Position numbers and translations under genes: made by a program. This document shows, piece after piece, positions 1 to 8,859 of a stretch of 57,119 nucleotides of DNA (its first letter is position 1; every line of letters begins with the position of its first letter). Source of the DNA: an uncultured Candidatus Bathyarchaeia archaeon (GTDB lineage Archaea > Thermoproteota > Bathyarchaeia > 40CM-2-53-6); the NCBI GenBank assembly GCA_964649235.1, contig CAZYOZ010000003.1, forward strand, positions 3,670-60,788, written 5' to 3'. Under the pieces are notes generated by a model. That model was given only the letters and a program-made list of their open reading frames with translations. It made no database searches and was not told where the DNA came from.

Positions 1-267
1 GAGTACCAGAAGCAGTTCATCAACGCCGCGAGCAGAGTTGTGAAACCAAGTGGCTTCATAGTCTACAGCGTCTGCACCTTTACGCGCCAGGAGTGTGAGC
101 AGATCGTGGAATATGCTGAGCGGGAATGTGGGCTTCGAGTAGTGGAACAAGAGCCATTTCTGGGATCCAAGGGTCTGATCGACATTTCGCCTTCGGGTGC
201 TTCTTGTCAACGGTTTCACCCACATCTTCACGAAATTGGTTATTTCATCGCGAAATTCACTCGGTGA
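1..267 (+). CDS. RsmB/NOL1/NOP2/Sun family RNA m5C methyltransferase, C-terminal part (5' truncated)
   Basis: Frame open from base 1: EYQKQFINAASRVVKPSGFIVYSVCTF..ECE..V and C-terminal RFHPHLHEIGYFIAKF match the Sun/NOP2 catalytic Cys motif (YSTCT..E.E) and family tail. Confidence 0.85.
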   Translation, partial: EYQKQFINAASRVVKPSGFIVYSVCTFTRQECEQIVEYAERECGLRVVEQEPFLGSKGLIDISPSGASCQRFHPHLHEIGYFIAKFTR

Positions 268-313
268 GTCAGAAGGTTTAACGCAGTCCAAGGCCAATTT
301 CGGACGGTGATCA

Positions 314-613
314 GTGTCGGAACTCCCAGAAAACGTCCTCACAAAGGGTAAAGGAGGAAAGCTCGAAGTACGGAGCCTCGACTCTCGGGGCTCTTATGTT
401 ATGTGCAAGTACCTAGACCCTAAGACAATGAAACTCGCCGACAGAAAGCGCAAACTAATTCTGAGGGATAGGTCAGGGAAGACTCTTCAATACTTCATCA
501 TCCCACTCAAAGATCCTAAACGGGCCCTTCTGGTTTCGGCTGAGCCGGACGAGAAGGAACGCCAAATATGGGATGAGAAAAGCCAGAAGGCAGAAGAACT
601 CTGGGAAACCTGA
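314..613 (+). CDS. Hypothetical basic protein (99 aa)
   Basis: GTG start after GGTGA SD, fills the gap, protein-like composition; no family recognised. Confidence 0.7.
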   Translation: MSELPENVLTKGKGGKLEVRSLDSRGSYVMCKYLDPKTMKLADRKRKLILRDRSGKTLQYFIIPLKDPKRALLVSAEPDEKERQIWDEKSQKAEELWET

Positions 614-617
614 CAGC

Positions 618-1229
618 CTACTGCGCAGCCACGGGCAGGAGCTGGATCAGCGATTTCAGCGGCACGCCATCGAGCCTAGTTTTCCCGCTCTTGTTAACCA
701 AGACGGCGACCCCTACTGGTTTTGCTTTGGCGTTGCGCAAAGTCTGAATCGCCGCCCTATGCGTCTCCCCAGCCCTCAGCACCGCGTCCACAACTAGAAC
801 CTTCTTGGTCGCCACATCATGGAAGGAAGGGTTGACGAGTCCGGGAAGTTTTCTCTTTTCCACGCGGTGTGGTCTTACAGCTGAGAATGGCTTGTCAAGT
901 TCCTTGGCGACCGCCACGCCGAGAACCATGCCACTTCCTTCAACTGCCACAACCCCGTCAGGCTCCTCGAAATCTCCAGCATGCACTGCCTCGCGTACTA
1001 AGTCGGCGAGCGCTAAGGCGACTGCTGTCAAGCGTTTCCCATGCGAACCAATCGAGCTCCAATCAACGAAGACATCGTGCGGGGCCGGCTTCGACGCGCG
1101 CTCCTTGCCTCGAAGCAGCAACCAAACGACAGTGTCCGGCTGAACCTTCAGCTCGTCTGCGATCTCATAATTCGATAACCCCTTGGACTTCAGCTGCTGG
1201 GCTCTTCGGACAAGTTCCTGTGAAACCAT
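618..1229 (-). CDS. gfcR: PyrE-like (orotate phosphoribosyltransferase-like) protein with N-terminal HTH, GfcR-type regulator
   Basis: RAQQLKSKGLSNYEIADELKV..TVVWLL HTH, P.DVFVDWSSIG signature, degenerate PRPP loop VLVVDAVLRAGET. Confidence 0.8.
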   Translation of the reverse strand: MVSQELVRRAQQLKSKGLSNYEIADELKVQPDTVVWLLLRGKERASKPAPHDVFVDWSSIGSHGKRLTAVALALADLVREAVHAGDFEEPDGVVAVEGSGMVLGVAVAKELDKPFSAVRPHRVEKRKLPGLVNPSFHDVATKKVLVVDAVLRAGETHRAAIQTLRNAKAKPVGVAVLVNKSGKTRLDGVPLKSLIQLLPVAAQ

Positions 1230-1310
1230 GCTGGCCCGCACCTACGAACAGCGCACAATGATTTCGTTGAGCGTTAATAAGATGAAGGAGACCAATGCGC
1301 CAAGAACTCA

Positions 1311-2678
1311 TTGGGAAGTGCAAGCCGGCACGCCGCTAGCGGCCACAGAGTGCTTTGGGGTCGCACCTTGCTAGCCGCGCTACTCGTCGCTTCGGCACTA
1401 GCCGACACCCTGCATCCTGTCGCGGCACAGGTCTGCTCAGTCAGCATAGACTACCTCGATTACTCTCCGAACGTTGCCCAAGAGCAGACTCTCGAGATCC
1501 GCGGCACCTTTCATCTGAGCTGCACACAATCGGGCAAACACATCGTTACCCGCGCGGAACTCCTCGAGAAACGCTCCCAGGCGGTTCTATGGACGAATTC
1601 AATCGATCTCGGTTTCGCCGCTAACTCACTGAATGACTGGACTCTGACAGTTAATATTCCACTTACGGCCCCGTCCGCGTCAGGCACGTGGGAACTCTCG
1701 CTGCGCGTCTACATCTTTTCAGGGGATCAATTAGCGACATCTGACGAGAAACATTTCCGGATACAAATCGGAGAGAGTGTTCAGGAAGGCCTGGTTAACG
1801 TCTTGGAACTTCAGAACGGAGATTTTGAGGATGGCCTCTCAGGCTGGGTAGTCATCGACAGCGGAAAAGGCAGCTCCACCTTATCCAGTTCAATCTCGCA
1901 TTCAGGCTCGTCATCTCTTCAACTGGATCTTCGTCCCACCACATCGGTGACCCAAGCCGAGATTCAGGGTGTCTCCCAGCATTCTTCGATTGAGAATCTG
2001 CGCAGCCTCGAAGCCCAGGCTTGGTTCCTCACATCCTCTTGCGCCTTCCCCGACGGAACCACAGGCCGAATAAGTGTACAAGTGGACCAACTCGGTATCG
2101 AATACAACGTTAACGCAACCTGTGGGGCATGGCAGCAAATCGACCTAAATGTGACCATGGATTTCGAAGCAAGATACGGGTTGGGTGGGCTTGAGCCCTT
2201 CCAGCGCGAAGGTTCAGTTTCCCTGACATTTGCACTGCAGCTTGTCCGGTCTGGGGCGAATGCTATGGCGCTGGCCGAATATGTTTCCATGAACTGGGAC
2301 GATGTTCAGCTGATTGCATCCGTCCCCACAACAATGAGCACCGAACTGACCACCACGTCAACTACTAGTATGGTCAGCACAACAAGCATGAATAGCGAGG
2401 CTTCCACCTCAACAGTTCAGGCTACCACCTCGACAACTATGCCACTAGAGGCCAGCACATCGCAAATGCAGATGCCTTGGCCCTTGCTCGCCATCCTCTC
2501 TCTCGCTTTGTTTCTCGTCGCCTTTTTCATGATTGCACCTAGGGTTCTTCGAAGAAAACAGCGTGCTGTTAATGTCTCTCGCTCGGGGCCCTTTTGTCCC
2601 GAATGCGGCGCGAGCCTTTCTAAGCGAATTGACGCAAAATTCTGTCAGGAGTGCGGCGCGGAGATCAGTCAGCGTTAG
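1311..2678 (+). CDS. Secreted, membrane-anchored protein: signal peptide, beta-rich/CBM-like domain, Ser/Thr linker, TM helix, cytoplasmic zinc ribbon
   Basis: Hydrophobic N-terminus, LQNGDFEDGLSGW (CBM4/9-like start), T/S-rich stretch, WPLLAILSLALFLVAFFMI TM, CPECG..CQECG; start uncertain. Confidence 0.75.
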   Translation: MGSASRHAASGHRVLWGRTLLAALLVASALADTLHPVAAQVCSVSIDYLDYSPNVAQEQTLEIRGTFHLSCTQSGKHIVTRAELLEKRSQAVLWTNSIDLGFAANSLNDWTLTVNIPLTAPSASGTWELSLRVYIFSGDQLATSDEKHFRIQIGESVQEGLVNVLELQNGDFEDGLSGWVVIDSGKGSSTLSSSISHSGSSSLQLDLRPTTSVTQAEIQGVSQHSSIENLRSLEAQAWFLTSSCAFPDGTTGRISVQVDQLGIEYNVNATCGAWQQIDLNVTMDFEARYGLGGLEPFQREGSVSLTFALQLVRSGANAMALAEYVSMNWDDVQLIASVPTTMSTELTTTSTTSMVSTTSMNSEASTSTVQATTSTTMPLEASTSQMQMPWPLLAILSLALFLVAFFMIAPRVLRRKQRAVNVSRSGPFCPECGASLSKRIDAKFCQECGAEISQR

Positions 2679-2914
2679 GCTGCAAGCGTCTGCTCTTCCG
2701 CCGAGGTTGTGATAGTCTTCCCGCATTTAGGGCATGTGAGGTCAGCGACATGCCAGCGCGTTTCAACCCATTTATGGCTGCAGTAAGGGCAGGTTATGTA
2801 CTGAAACCAACTTGTCACCGGGTTCAACAGTGAATCCATTCGAGTGATGAATGTACTCTCCACAAGAAAAACTTCACGCACCATTAGTACGTACGTGTAT
2901 CCATCCTTAGCCAC
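2675..2914 (-). CDS. Small zinc-finger protein (CPYC..CPKC)
   Basis: Two CxxC pairs; start uncertain. Confidence 0.5.
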   Translation of the reverse strand: MAKDGYTYVLMVREVFLVESTFITRMDSLLNPVTSWFQYITCPYCSHKWVETRWHVADLTCPKCGKTITTSAEEQTLAA

Positions 2915-3032
2915 GCCAAGTCATGGTGTGTTGGTCTTGGGGTCTCTATCTATCATGCACCATCGGGATCAAGAGAGACCTTCTCGATAAGAAAACTCAC
3001 AGAGCAGACAACACCCCCGCAAAAAAGGCCTT

Positions 3033-3043
3033 GAAATATATAA
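3033..3043 (+). promoter_or_regulatory. Putative archaeal TATA box upstream of the TPR-NYN gene
   Basis: GAAATATATAA in an intergenic region about 80 nt before the TTG at 3121. Confidence 0.35.
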
Positions 3044-3120
3044 CGCAAGAACGCGATTCTGAATGAAATCATGATATTCACGCTTCAGCAGGTAGGTGTT
3101 TGTGTTAAGGTTCGGTCTTC

Positions 3121-4383
3121 TTGAAAGAACACCTAGATGTAGCAACAAACTCTGAAGGACAAAACAACGAAGACCGGACGCTGGCGAAGTACGAGGAACT
3201 CGCCTCCTATGAAGAAGCCATCAAACTCAGGCCCGATTATGTTGAGGCGTGGTACGGAAGAGGCGTCACTCTGCTTGATCTCAAACGGCCAGAAGAAGCA
3301 TTACTCTCATTCGAAGAAGCCACCAGACTAAGACCCGATTACGCCGAGGCTTGGCTTGGCAAAGCAATCGCGCTAAGGAAAATTCAAGAACTGAAGTCCC
3401 AGCTTGGAAAGCAGGGCGTACTGGGGAGCGGCTCCCTGTTGCCTTCAACAACCGCAGGGCCATCCGGAAGCACGGAACCTCGTACCGCCACCCTACCGAA
3501 CCTTGACACTTATTCCGTCAGCCAAGTGCACCGTCAAGCAACACATGAGAGGCACCCGGAGAATCACAGGCAGTTTCCGACAAAGGAGATGCTGGATCAA
3601 AATCCATTCAACCTCCTAGGCCAAGGCGAATCCCTAGCAGTCGACGGCTCGAACCTGATCAGGCTGAAGTGCGAACCTCACAACGGAAAACGGTGCAATA
3701 ATCCAGGCCACATCTGGATCCTACTCGATTTCTTAAGAAAGAAGGAAGCCTGGGAGCGGGATATGTCGATGGGTGGGCAATGCTTCATCGTGATAGATGC
3801 CAGCCTAAGGCACCATGTGGACGACCAAGCAGGGCTGGAGGACTTGATAGCAAAACAGGCTGTCATTCAGATGCCCCCCGGCCACCCGTCGGACACTCTC
3901 ATCCTGAAGTTAGCTGACGAACTGCAAGCTGTCGTCCTAACAAACGATGTGAAGATGCAAGCAGAATACGCAGGCCAATATCCGTGGCTGAGAAGGGAAG
4001 AGCGATTCATGCGGTACGTCATCGTGTCCGACAGCAGCAAGAAAATCGAATACGTTAGAAGAGCCGCCACGCTGCCGAAGCGGCTAGACAACCATACGCT
4101 GCAGGCACGCAACATCCCTGCCTCAAACACCGTACTCAATCGCCACGGGCAACCGCAGGAATCAAAACATGAACATCGGCATCAGCCTGAGCAGGCAACT
4201 CCCGAAAGTCAACCACCAAGAAGGCTGGGATGGTTGTCCCGCATTCGTGGCTTCAAGGATAAACAGGGAAGCCCGGCGCCGGAGCACATAATCCCATGCC
4301 CGAACTGCGGTGCACCCATCGACGTATCCAACCCGCGGGTTAGGTTCTGCTTCCGCTGCCGGACACAGCTGCGTCCAAAATGA
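3121..4383 (+). CDS. TPR repeats + Zc3h12a/Regnase-like NYN (PIN-fold) ribonuclease + C-terminal zinc ribbon
   Basis: Two 34-aa TPRs (EEAIKLRPDYVEAW..G / EEATRLRPDYAEAW.GK); AVDGSN, IDASLRH, SD.LILKLA, VLTND..Y.W acidic motifs; CPNCG..CFRC. Confidence 0.8.
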   Translation: MKEHLDVATNSEGQNNEDRTLAKYEELASYEEAIKLRPDYVEAWYGRGVTLLDLKRPEEALLSFEEATRLRPDYAEAWLGKAIALRKIQELKSQLGKQGVLGSGSLLPSTTAGPSGSTEPRTATLPNLDTYSVSQVHRQATHERHPENHRQFPTKEMLDQNPFNLLGQGESLAVDGSNLIRLKCEPHNGKRCNNPGHIWILLDFLRKKEAWERDMSMGGQCFIVIDASLRHHVDDQAGLEDLIAKQAVIQMPPGHPSDTLILKLADELQAVVLTNDVKMQAEYAGQYPWLRREERFMRYVIVSDSSKKIEYVRRAATLPKRLDNHTLQARNIPASNTVLNRHGQPQESKHEHRHQPEQATPESQPPRRLGWLSRIRGFKDKQGSPAPEHIIPCPNCGAPIDVSNPRVRFCFRCRTQLRPK

Positions 4384-4488
4384 CGAGTTCTGTAGATGCA
4401 GAATTCGCGCAGCTAACTGTGTTCTGAGAAAGACAAAATTGAAAATCAATCAATGTAATTACGATTCCTTACCTCTGGTTGACCGCTC

Positions 4489-5469
4489 TTGCAGCCGCAG
4501 GCCTTTACGGGCAGTCAAACACACACTTTCCACCTCACTGCCATGGACGTTAACGGGCCACTGAACCTTCAAGAAACAATCATCAGTGCCCAAACCTCTG
4601 AGCCGGAATGGCTACGGAACAATGACATTTTTACAGACGTCGAGGAGATCGACGGGCACCCCGTCAAATATAGCCTGACACAGACCGGAACGGTTGACCA
4701 GTTCCAAGTGAAAGTTCAGGTCGTCTCTGACCAGCTGAACAGGAAGGCTATTCAACAGCTGAGGGCCCACCTGAACCGAGTTCTGGGCTTAGAGGACGAC
4801 CTTCCGGCCTTCTACAGGACATTCGCCAGTCAGGACGCCCCATTGTCTGGCACCTTCCGCGAACTTGAAGGTCTCCGCCTCATGCGTGGAACGGACCTCT
4901 ACGAGAGTCTCATCTGCTCCATTCTGTCGCAGAACAATTCGGCCCGCCTATGGAACAGAACCGCACGACTGCTAATGAAATACTATGGCAAACGGGTCGA
5001 TTTCGCGGATGGTACCAGCCACTTCCTGTTTCCTGGGCCTGAAGTTCTCGCCCGGGTAGCCCCCCGGAAGCTTCGTGCGCGAACCTCCATGGGCTACCGA
5101 GCTAGGCCAGTGGTTCAAGTTTCCGGAATGATCACTGAAGGTGCGCTTCGGCTTGAAGACTTTCTTGACCGTTCGTACGAGAATGCGATGCAAAGACTTC
5201 TTGAACTTCCGGGCGTTGGTCCCAAGGTGGCAGATTGTTTCCTGCTCTACGGCGCAGGAAAACTAGAAGCGGCACCAGTTGACGTATGGATACACAGAAT
5301 CGTAACGAAGCTCTACTTTAGGGGCAGGAAGGTAAGCAAGCTAAAGACCGCCCGGTTCCTACGTGAGCGCTACGGGCTTTGGGCGGGCTACGCGCAACTG
5401 TACCTGTTCGATTATGCCCGCCGCGGGCTGATGGATGCGAACAGGCTTCGGAAAATTACAAAACGCTGA
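4489..5469 (+). CDS. HhH-GPD DNA glycosylase (Ogg1/AlkA-like)
   Basis: YESLICSILSQN, LLELPGVGPKVADCFLLY HhH, PVDVWIHR, WAGYAQLYLF. Confidence 0.9.
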   Translation: MQPQAFTGSQTHTFHLTAMDVNGPLNLQETIISAQTSEPEWLRNNDIFTDVEEIDGHPVKYSLTQTGTVDQFQVKVQVVSDQLNRKAIQQLRAHLNRVLGLEDDLPAFYRTFASQDAPLSGTFRELEGLRLMRGTDLYESLICSILSQNNSARLWNRTARLLMKYYGKRVDFADGTSHFLFPGPEVLARVAPRKLRARTSMGYRARPVVQVSGMITEGALRLEDFLDRSYENAMQRLLELPGVGPKVADCFLLYGAGKLEAAPVDVWIHRIVTKLYFRGRKVSKLKTARFLRERYGLWAGYAQLYLFDYARRGLMDANRLRKITKR

Positions 5470-5557
5470 ATTCCTTCAAAGCCGGATCTTGTCTCCTTGC
5501 CAGGAAGCTTGGGGAACACAGCCCCAGAACCATTCCTCTGCTAGACCATAACGCGGC

Positions 5558-6079
5558 CTACTTTCTCACGACGGGCCTCTTGCGAAGAGGTTTCCGCTTG
5601 AGTTCAGTTCCGCAGACTCGGCAATAATGCATCCTCACGCTCGCGTATCGCCTGAAGCAGGCGGGGCAGTAATAGGCCCAATTGAACTTCTCGCGAATTC
5701 CAAAGTTAGCAAGAGATTGGTATGCTAATCCGATTTCCTCAGCCACATTCTGGACTGCATAATCGTCGCTAACAATGACCGGTGTCATATTGTTCATGCG
5801 CAAGTCCAGTGCAAGTGCGAGAACGCCAAAGTCAGCCTTCGACAGGACTAGCTTGTCGCCCAGAAGCGTAGCCTTCTTCGACACTTCCTGGAGTGACCGG
5901 GCGCTCGGACTTTGAATCTTCAGCCTGTCCGAGGCCGTTGCCAAGCTCAGCCTATACGAGGGCCCAGTCTGGTCCCGGAGCTCGTCTGCCACTTCAGGCA
6001 CGGTGTACGAGTGAAGCTCTAGGCCCGAAGGGTCCAAACCCATGATGAGAGCGGACGTGTCAAGAACTAGGACCTTCAC
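5558..6079 (-). CDS. nob1: Nob1 rRNA maturation endonuclease (PIN + zinc ribbon)
   Basis: VLDTSALI, LSKADFGVLALA, SDDYAVQNVA, CPAC..CRVCG. Confidence 0.9.
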   Translation of the reverse strand: MKVLVLDTSALIMGLDPSGLELHSYTVPEVADELRDQTGPSYRLSLATASDRLKIQSPSARSLQEVSKKATLLGDKLVLSKADFGVLALALDLRMNNMTPVIVSDDYAVQNVAEEIGLAYQSLANFGIREKFNWAYYCPACFRRYASVRMHYCRVCGTELKRKPLRKRPVVRK

Positions 6080-6942
6080 AAACTTGCCCGCTCCGTCTCG
6101 TGAAGCCTCATCAGACTTCTCAGAGGTCTCGCAGGCCCCAACCGAACGAAGACCGCCGAATGCTTAGATTTTGTTACGGACAGCTTCACGTCTTGCGTGA
6201 GTTCTCTCTGGAACCTTCCGTCTGCCACTACAAGAGCGCGAAGCTTCGGGTTCACCATCTGGATTGACAGGGTCCTGTCCATCGAAACAACGTAGGGCCG
6301 CAGGAATTCTAGAGGGCATATGAAAGTCACGACATAGGCGTCTACTGATGAATCGACAACCGGCCCCCCAGCCGACAGCGCATAAGCAGTTGAGCCCGTA
6401 GGCGTCGAGACTATTGCCCCGTCGCCCCTGAACTGAAGCAGCTGCTCAGAATCAACGTCCAACCGGAGGTCGAGCATCTTGGAAGGGCTACCCGACGAAA
6501 CCACGAGTTCGTTAAGCGCATCCACCACATGCTTCCCATCCAGTTGGACAGCCATCTTGGCGCGCTTCTCGTACCGGCACTTGCCCTTCATCACGAGTTC
6601 AACGGAATGGACCGCGTCCTTCGGCTCGACCTCGGTTAGGTATCCTCGCCGGCCCATGTTCACTGCTAGGACCGGCGTTTCAGGGTCAGGGATGGCCATG
6701 CAAGTCTTCAGCACGGTGCCATCCCCACCCACAGTAACAATCAGATCGCCTTTCAGGTCAGCGAATTCTTTTCCTCCACCAAGCCTCCCTCTTTTCGCAA
6801 GTTCAAGCTCCGGATTGACTGTCACTCCCTTCTTCCTGAGCTGCTTGGCCACGGTTGCTGAGATCTCTAGTGCACGCTCATCATCAAGCCTAGAAACGAG
6901 GCCGACTGTGAAGGCCAATCCCGGGCTCACCAGAACAGCCAC
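6076..6942 (-). CDS. nadK: NAD kinase
   Basis: GGDGT, NE, DG..VSTPTGSTAYALSAGGP motifs. Confidence 0.95.
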   Translation of the reverse strand: MAVLVSPGLAFTVGLVSRLDDERALEISATVAKQLRKKGVTVNPELELAKRGRLGGGKEFADLKGDLIVTVGGDGTVLKTCMAIPDPETPVLAVNMGRRGYLTEVEPKDAVHSVELVMKGKCRYEKRAKMAVQLDGKHVVDALNELVVSSGSPSKMLDLRLDVDSEQLLQFRGDGAIVSTPTGSTAYALSAGGPVVDSSVDAYVVTFICPLEFLRPYVVSMDRTLSIQMVNPKLRALVVADGRFQRELTQDVKLSVTKSKHSAVFVRLGPARPLRSLMRLHETERASL

Positions 6943-7083
6943 TAAAACGCACTCAGCATAATTAAAGAGTCCACTCCTCTCGACGTCGAGGAAAAAATCA
7001 CTTGAGGGCTCTCTAAAGCTAACAAGCTTTTTAGAGAAAGCAGCAACGTTACAGCCTCGAACTTAGAACCTCGGCGATGAGAC

Positions 7084-7479
7084 CTGAGCAGACCAGTTGA
7101 CGTGGGTTCCGTTAAGATCGGTCAGTACATAGTTGTCGACGGCGAACCCTGCAGGGTTGTCGAATATGAAAAATCCAAACCCGGCAAGCATGGAGCCGCA
7201 AAGGCAAGAATAGTCGCAATCAGCGTGACGACCGGAAGCAAGAAAAACGTAGTCAGCCCCGTGGACGCCCGCATAGAAATCCCGATGATTGAAAAGAGGA
7301 CGGCTCAGGTCATCGCAATCATGGGAAACACTGTTCAACTCATGGACATGCAGAGCTACGAAACATTCGAAACCCCAATGCCTGAAGAGGAAGAGCTCAA
7401 GTCCAAGCTCTCCCAAGGCGCAGAAGTCGAGTACTGGCAGATGCTGGGGCAGAACAAGATAATGCGCATAAAGGGCTAA
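7084..7479 (+). CDS. eif5a: Translation factor aIF5A
   Basis: Hypusine loop [11 protein letters not shown]; conserved N-terminus [11 protein letters not shown] is recovered only with a CTG start at 7084 (in-frame stop at 7078); ORF track starts at GTG 7102. Confidence 0.97.
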   Translation: MSRPVDVGSVKIGQYIVVDGEPCRVVEYEKSKPGKHGAAKARIVAISVTTGSKKNVVSPVDARIEIPMIEKRTAQVIAIMGNTVQLMDMQSYETFETPMPEEEELKSKLSQGAEVEYWQMLGQNKIMRIKG

Positions 7480-7517
7480 CCTGAACCAACTACTCTCGCC
7501 TGCTGAAGGCCAAACCA

Positions 7518-8447
7518 ATGCCTATAGTGTCCCATATCAAACTCAAACGCGGAATGCCCATCTCCGCCGTCGCCAAACAAATGGAAGCCGTAAAAGTACT
7601 AGGCCCAGGCCGCTTCGGCAGAGCGGCGAAAATTCTTGGCGAGATGTTCAGCAACAAGGACTACTGCAACTTCACCTCTCTCGCAGGACCAATAGTCCCC
7701 GGCGGCCTCAGAACAATCATCAGAGACCTCGTAGACAAGAGGTTGTTGCACGGAATAGTAACTACTGGCGCAAACGTCACCCACGACATGCTTGAAGGAC
7801 TAGGCCACAGACACATTGTAGGATCCGAAACGGCAGACGACACCGTGTTAAAACGGAAAGGTCTCTCTAGGATCTACGATCTCCTTGTGAAGCAGAAAGC
7901 CATTGAGAACCTAGAGAAGACAACACACAGAATGCTGAACCGGATACCGGAAGCAAGGCGTCGCAACATCGCAAGTTACGAGTTGCTCTGGGAGTTCGGG
8001 CGCCAACTTGCGGATGAGCAATCGATTCTACGCACATCCCAGAAACGTAGTGTTCCAGTCTTCTGCCCGGGCATTTTTGACTCGATGCTTGGCCTAAACC
8101 TCTGGACATACAGCCAACTCAACCCTCTGTTCATCAACCCCTTCAAAGATTTCTCGAAACTCGTTAACATGGCATATGACGCAAGGAAAGTCGGAGCCAT
8201 TATCCTGGGCGGCGGCATGCCGAAACATCATGTCCTCATAGCAAACTCCTTCAGAGGTGGCTTGGACGCGGCGATCCAAATCACGCTGGACCGGCCCGAG
8301 GGTGGAGGAACAAGCGGCGCACCCCTGGAAGAGGCAATAAGCTGGGGAAAAATCAAGAGCCGCAGGAAAATTGTAACGGTCGTTGCGGATGCGACGGTGG
8401 CATTTCCGTTGCTGGCGTTGGCGGCCCTGGAGAGCGCGGGTAAATAG
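7518..8447 (+). CDS. dys: Deoxyhypusine synthase
   Basis: VTTGANVTHD, IILGGGMPKHH, GGTSGAPLEEAISWGKI, DATVAFPL; adjacent to aIF5A. Confidence 0.95.
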   Translation: MPIVSHIKLKRGMPISAVAKQMEAVKVLGPGRFGRAAKILGEMFSNKDYCNFTSLAGPIVPGGLRTIIRDLVDKRLLHGIVTTGANVTHDMLEGLGHRHIVGSETADDTVLKRKGLSRIYDLLVKQKAIENLEKTTHRMLNRIPEARRRNIASYELLWEFGRQLADEQSILRTSQKRSVPVFCPGIFDSMLGLNLWTYSQLNPLFINPFKDFSKLVNMAYDARKVGAIILGGGMPKHHVLIANSFRGGLDAAIQITLDRPEGGGTSGAPLEEAISWGKIKSRRKIVTVVADATVAFPLLALAALESAGK

Positions 8448-8460
8448 CTTCGCGTCTAGC

Positions 8461-8856
8461 TCATTTTAGCCGCGGTATGTGAACTTCAAGAACGCCCCGC
8501 TTGAACTTCGAGTTGATTCTGGCCTCGTCCACTGGGACGGGTATTCGGATTCGTGCGTGGTAGCATGTGAACTCGCCGTGCCGGTGCTTGACACCAAGAT
8601 CCTTGAACGTAATTTTCCGGCTTGTCTCTGCGTAGATTTCGACAACATCGTTGGCGGGGCAGCGCAACTTTACGCCTTTCTCATTCACATACGGCAGGTC
8701 GATGGTAAGAAGCACCTCAGTCGCCGCAACAAGCACATTGTATAGAGGCTCTATGCACGCGGCTGCAACATTCCACCCGGAACCGTGCATCGCAGATGTT
8801 TCAGGTTGGCCTCCGTACTCATCGCGGCTGACTTTCTTTGATTCTACGCTCATCAC
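8461..8856 (-). CDS. Small heat shock protein (Hsp20/alpha-crystallin)
   Basis: IEPL..V...TIDLPYV, I.IPVPVD...SKFKRGVLEVHIPR. Confidence 0.85.
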   Translation of the reverse strand: MMSVESKKVSRDEYGGQPETSAMHGSGWNVAAACIEPLYNVLVAATEVLLTIDLPYVNEKGVKLRCPANDVVEIYAETSRKITFKDLGVKHRHGEFTCYHARIRIPVPVDEARINSKFKRGVLEVHIPRLK

Positions 8857-8859
8857 ATA

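Noticed and set aside
2330-2470. Thr/Ser-rich low-complexity stretch
   Set aside because: Ordinary linker of a surface protein before its TM anchor, not a regulatory leader
2941-3080. GGTCTCT...AGAGACC inverted repeat and near-palindrome TGAAATCATGATATTCA
   Set aside because: Short, single occurrences expected by chance; no transposase or second copy seen
3211-3360. Direct DNA repeat with 102-nt period (GAAGAAGCCA...CCCGATTA...GAGGC.TGG)
   Set aside because: Explained by two 34-aa TPR units; not a CRISPR or mobile-element repeat
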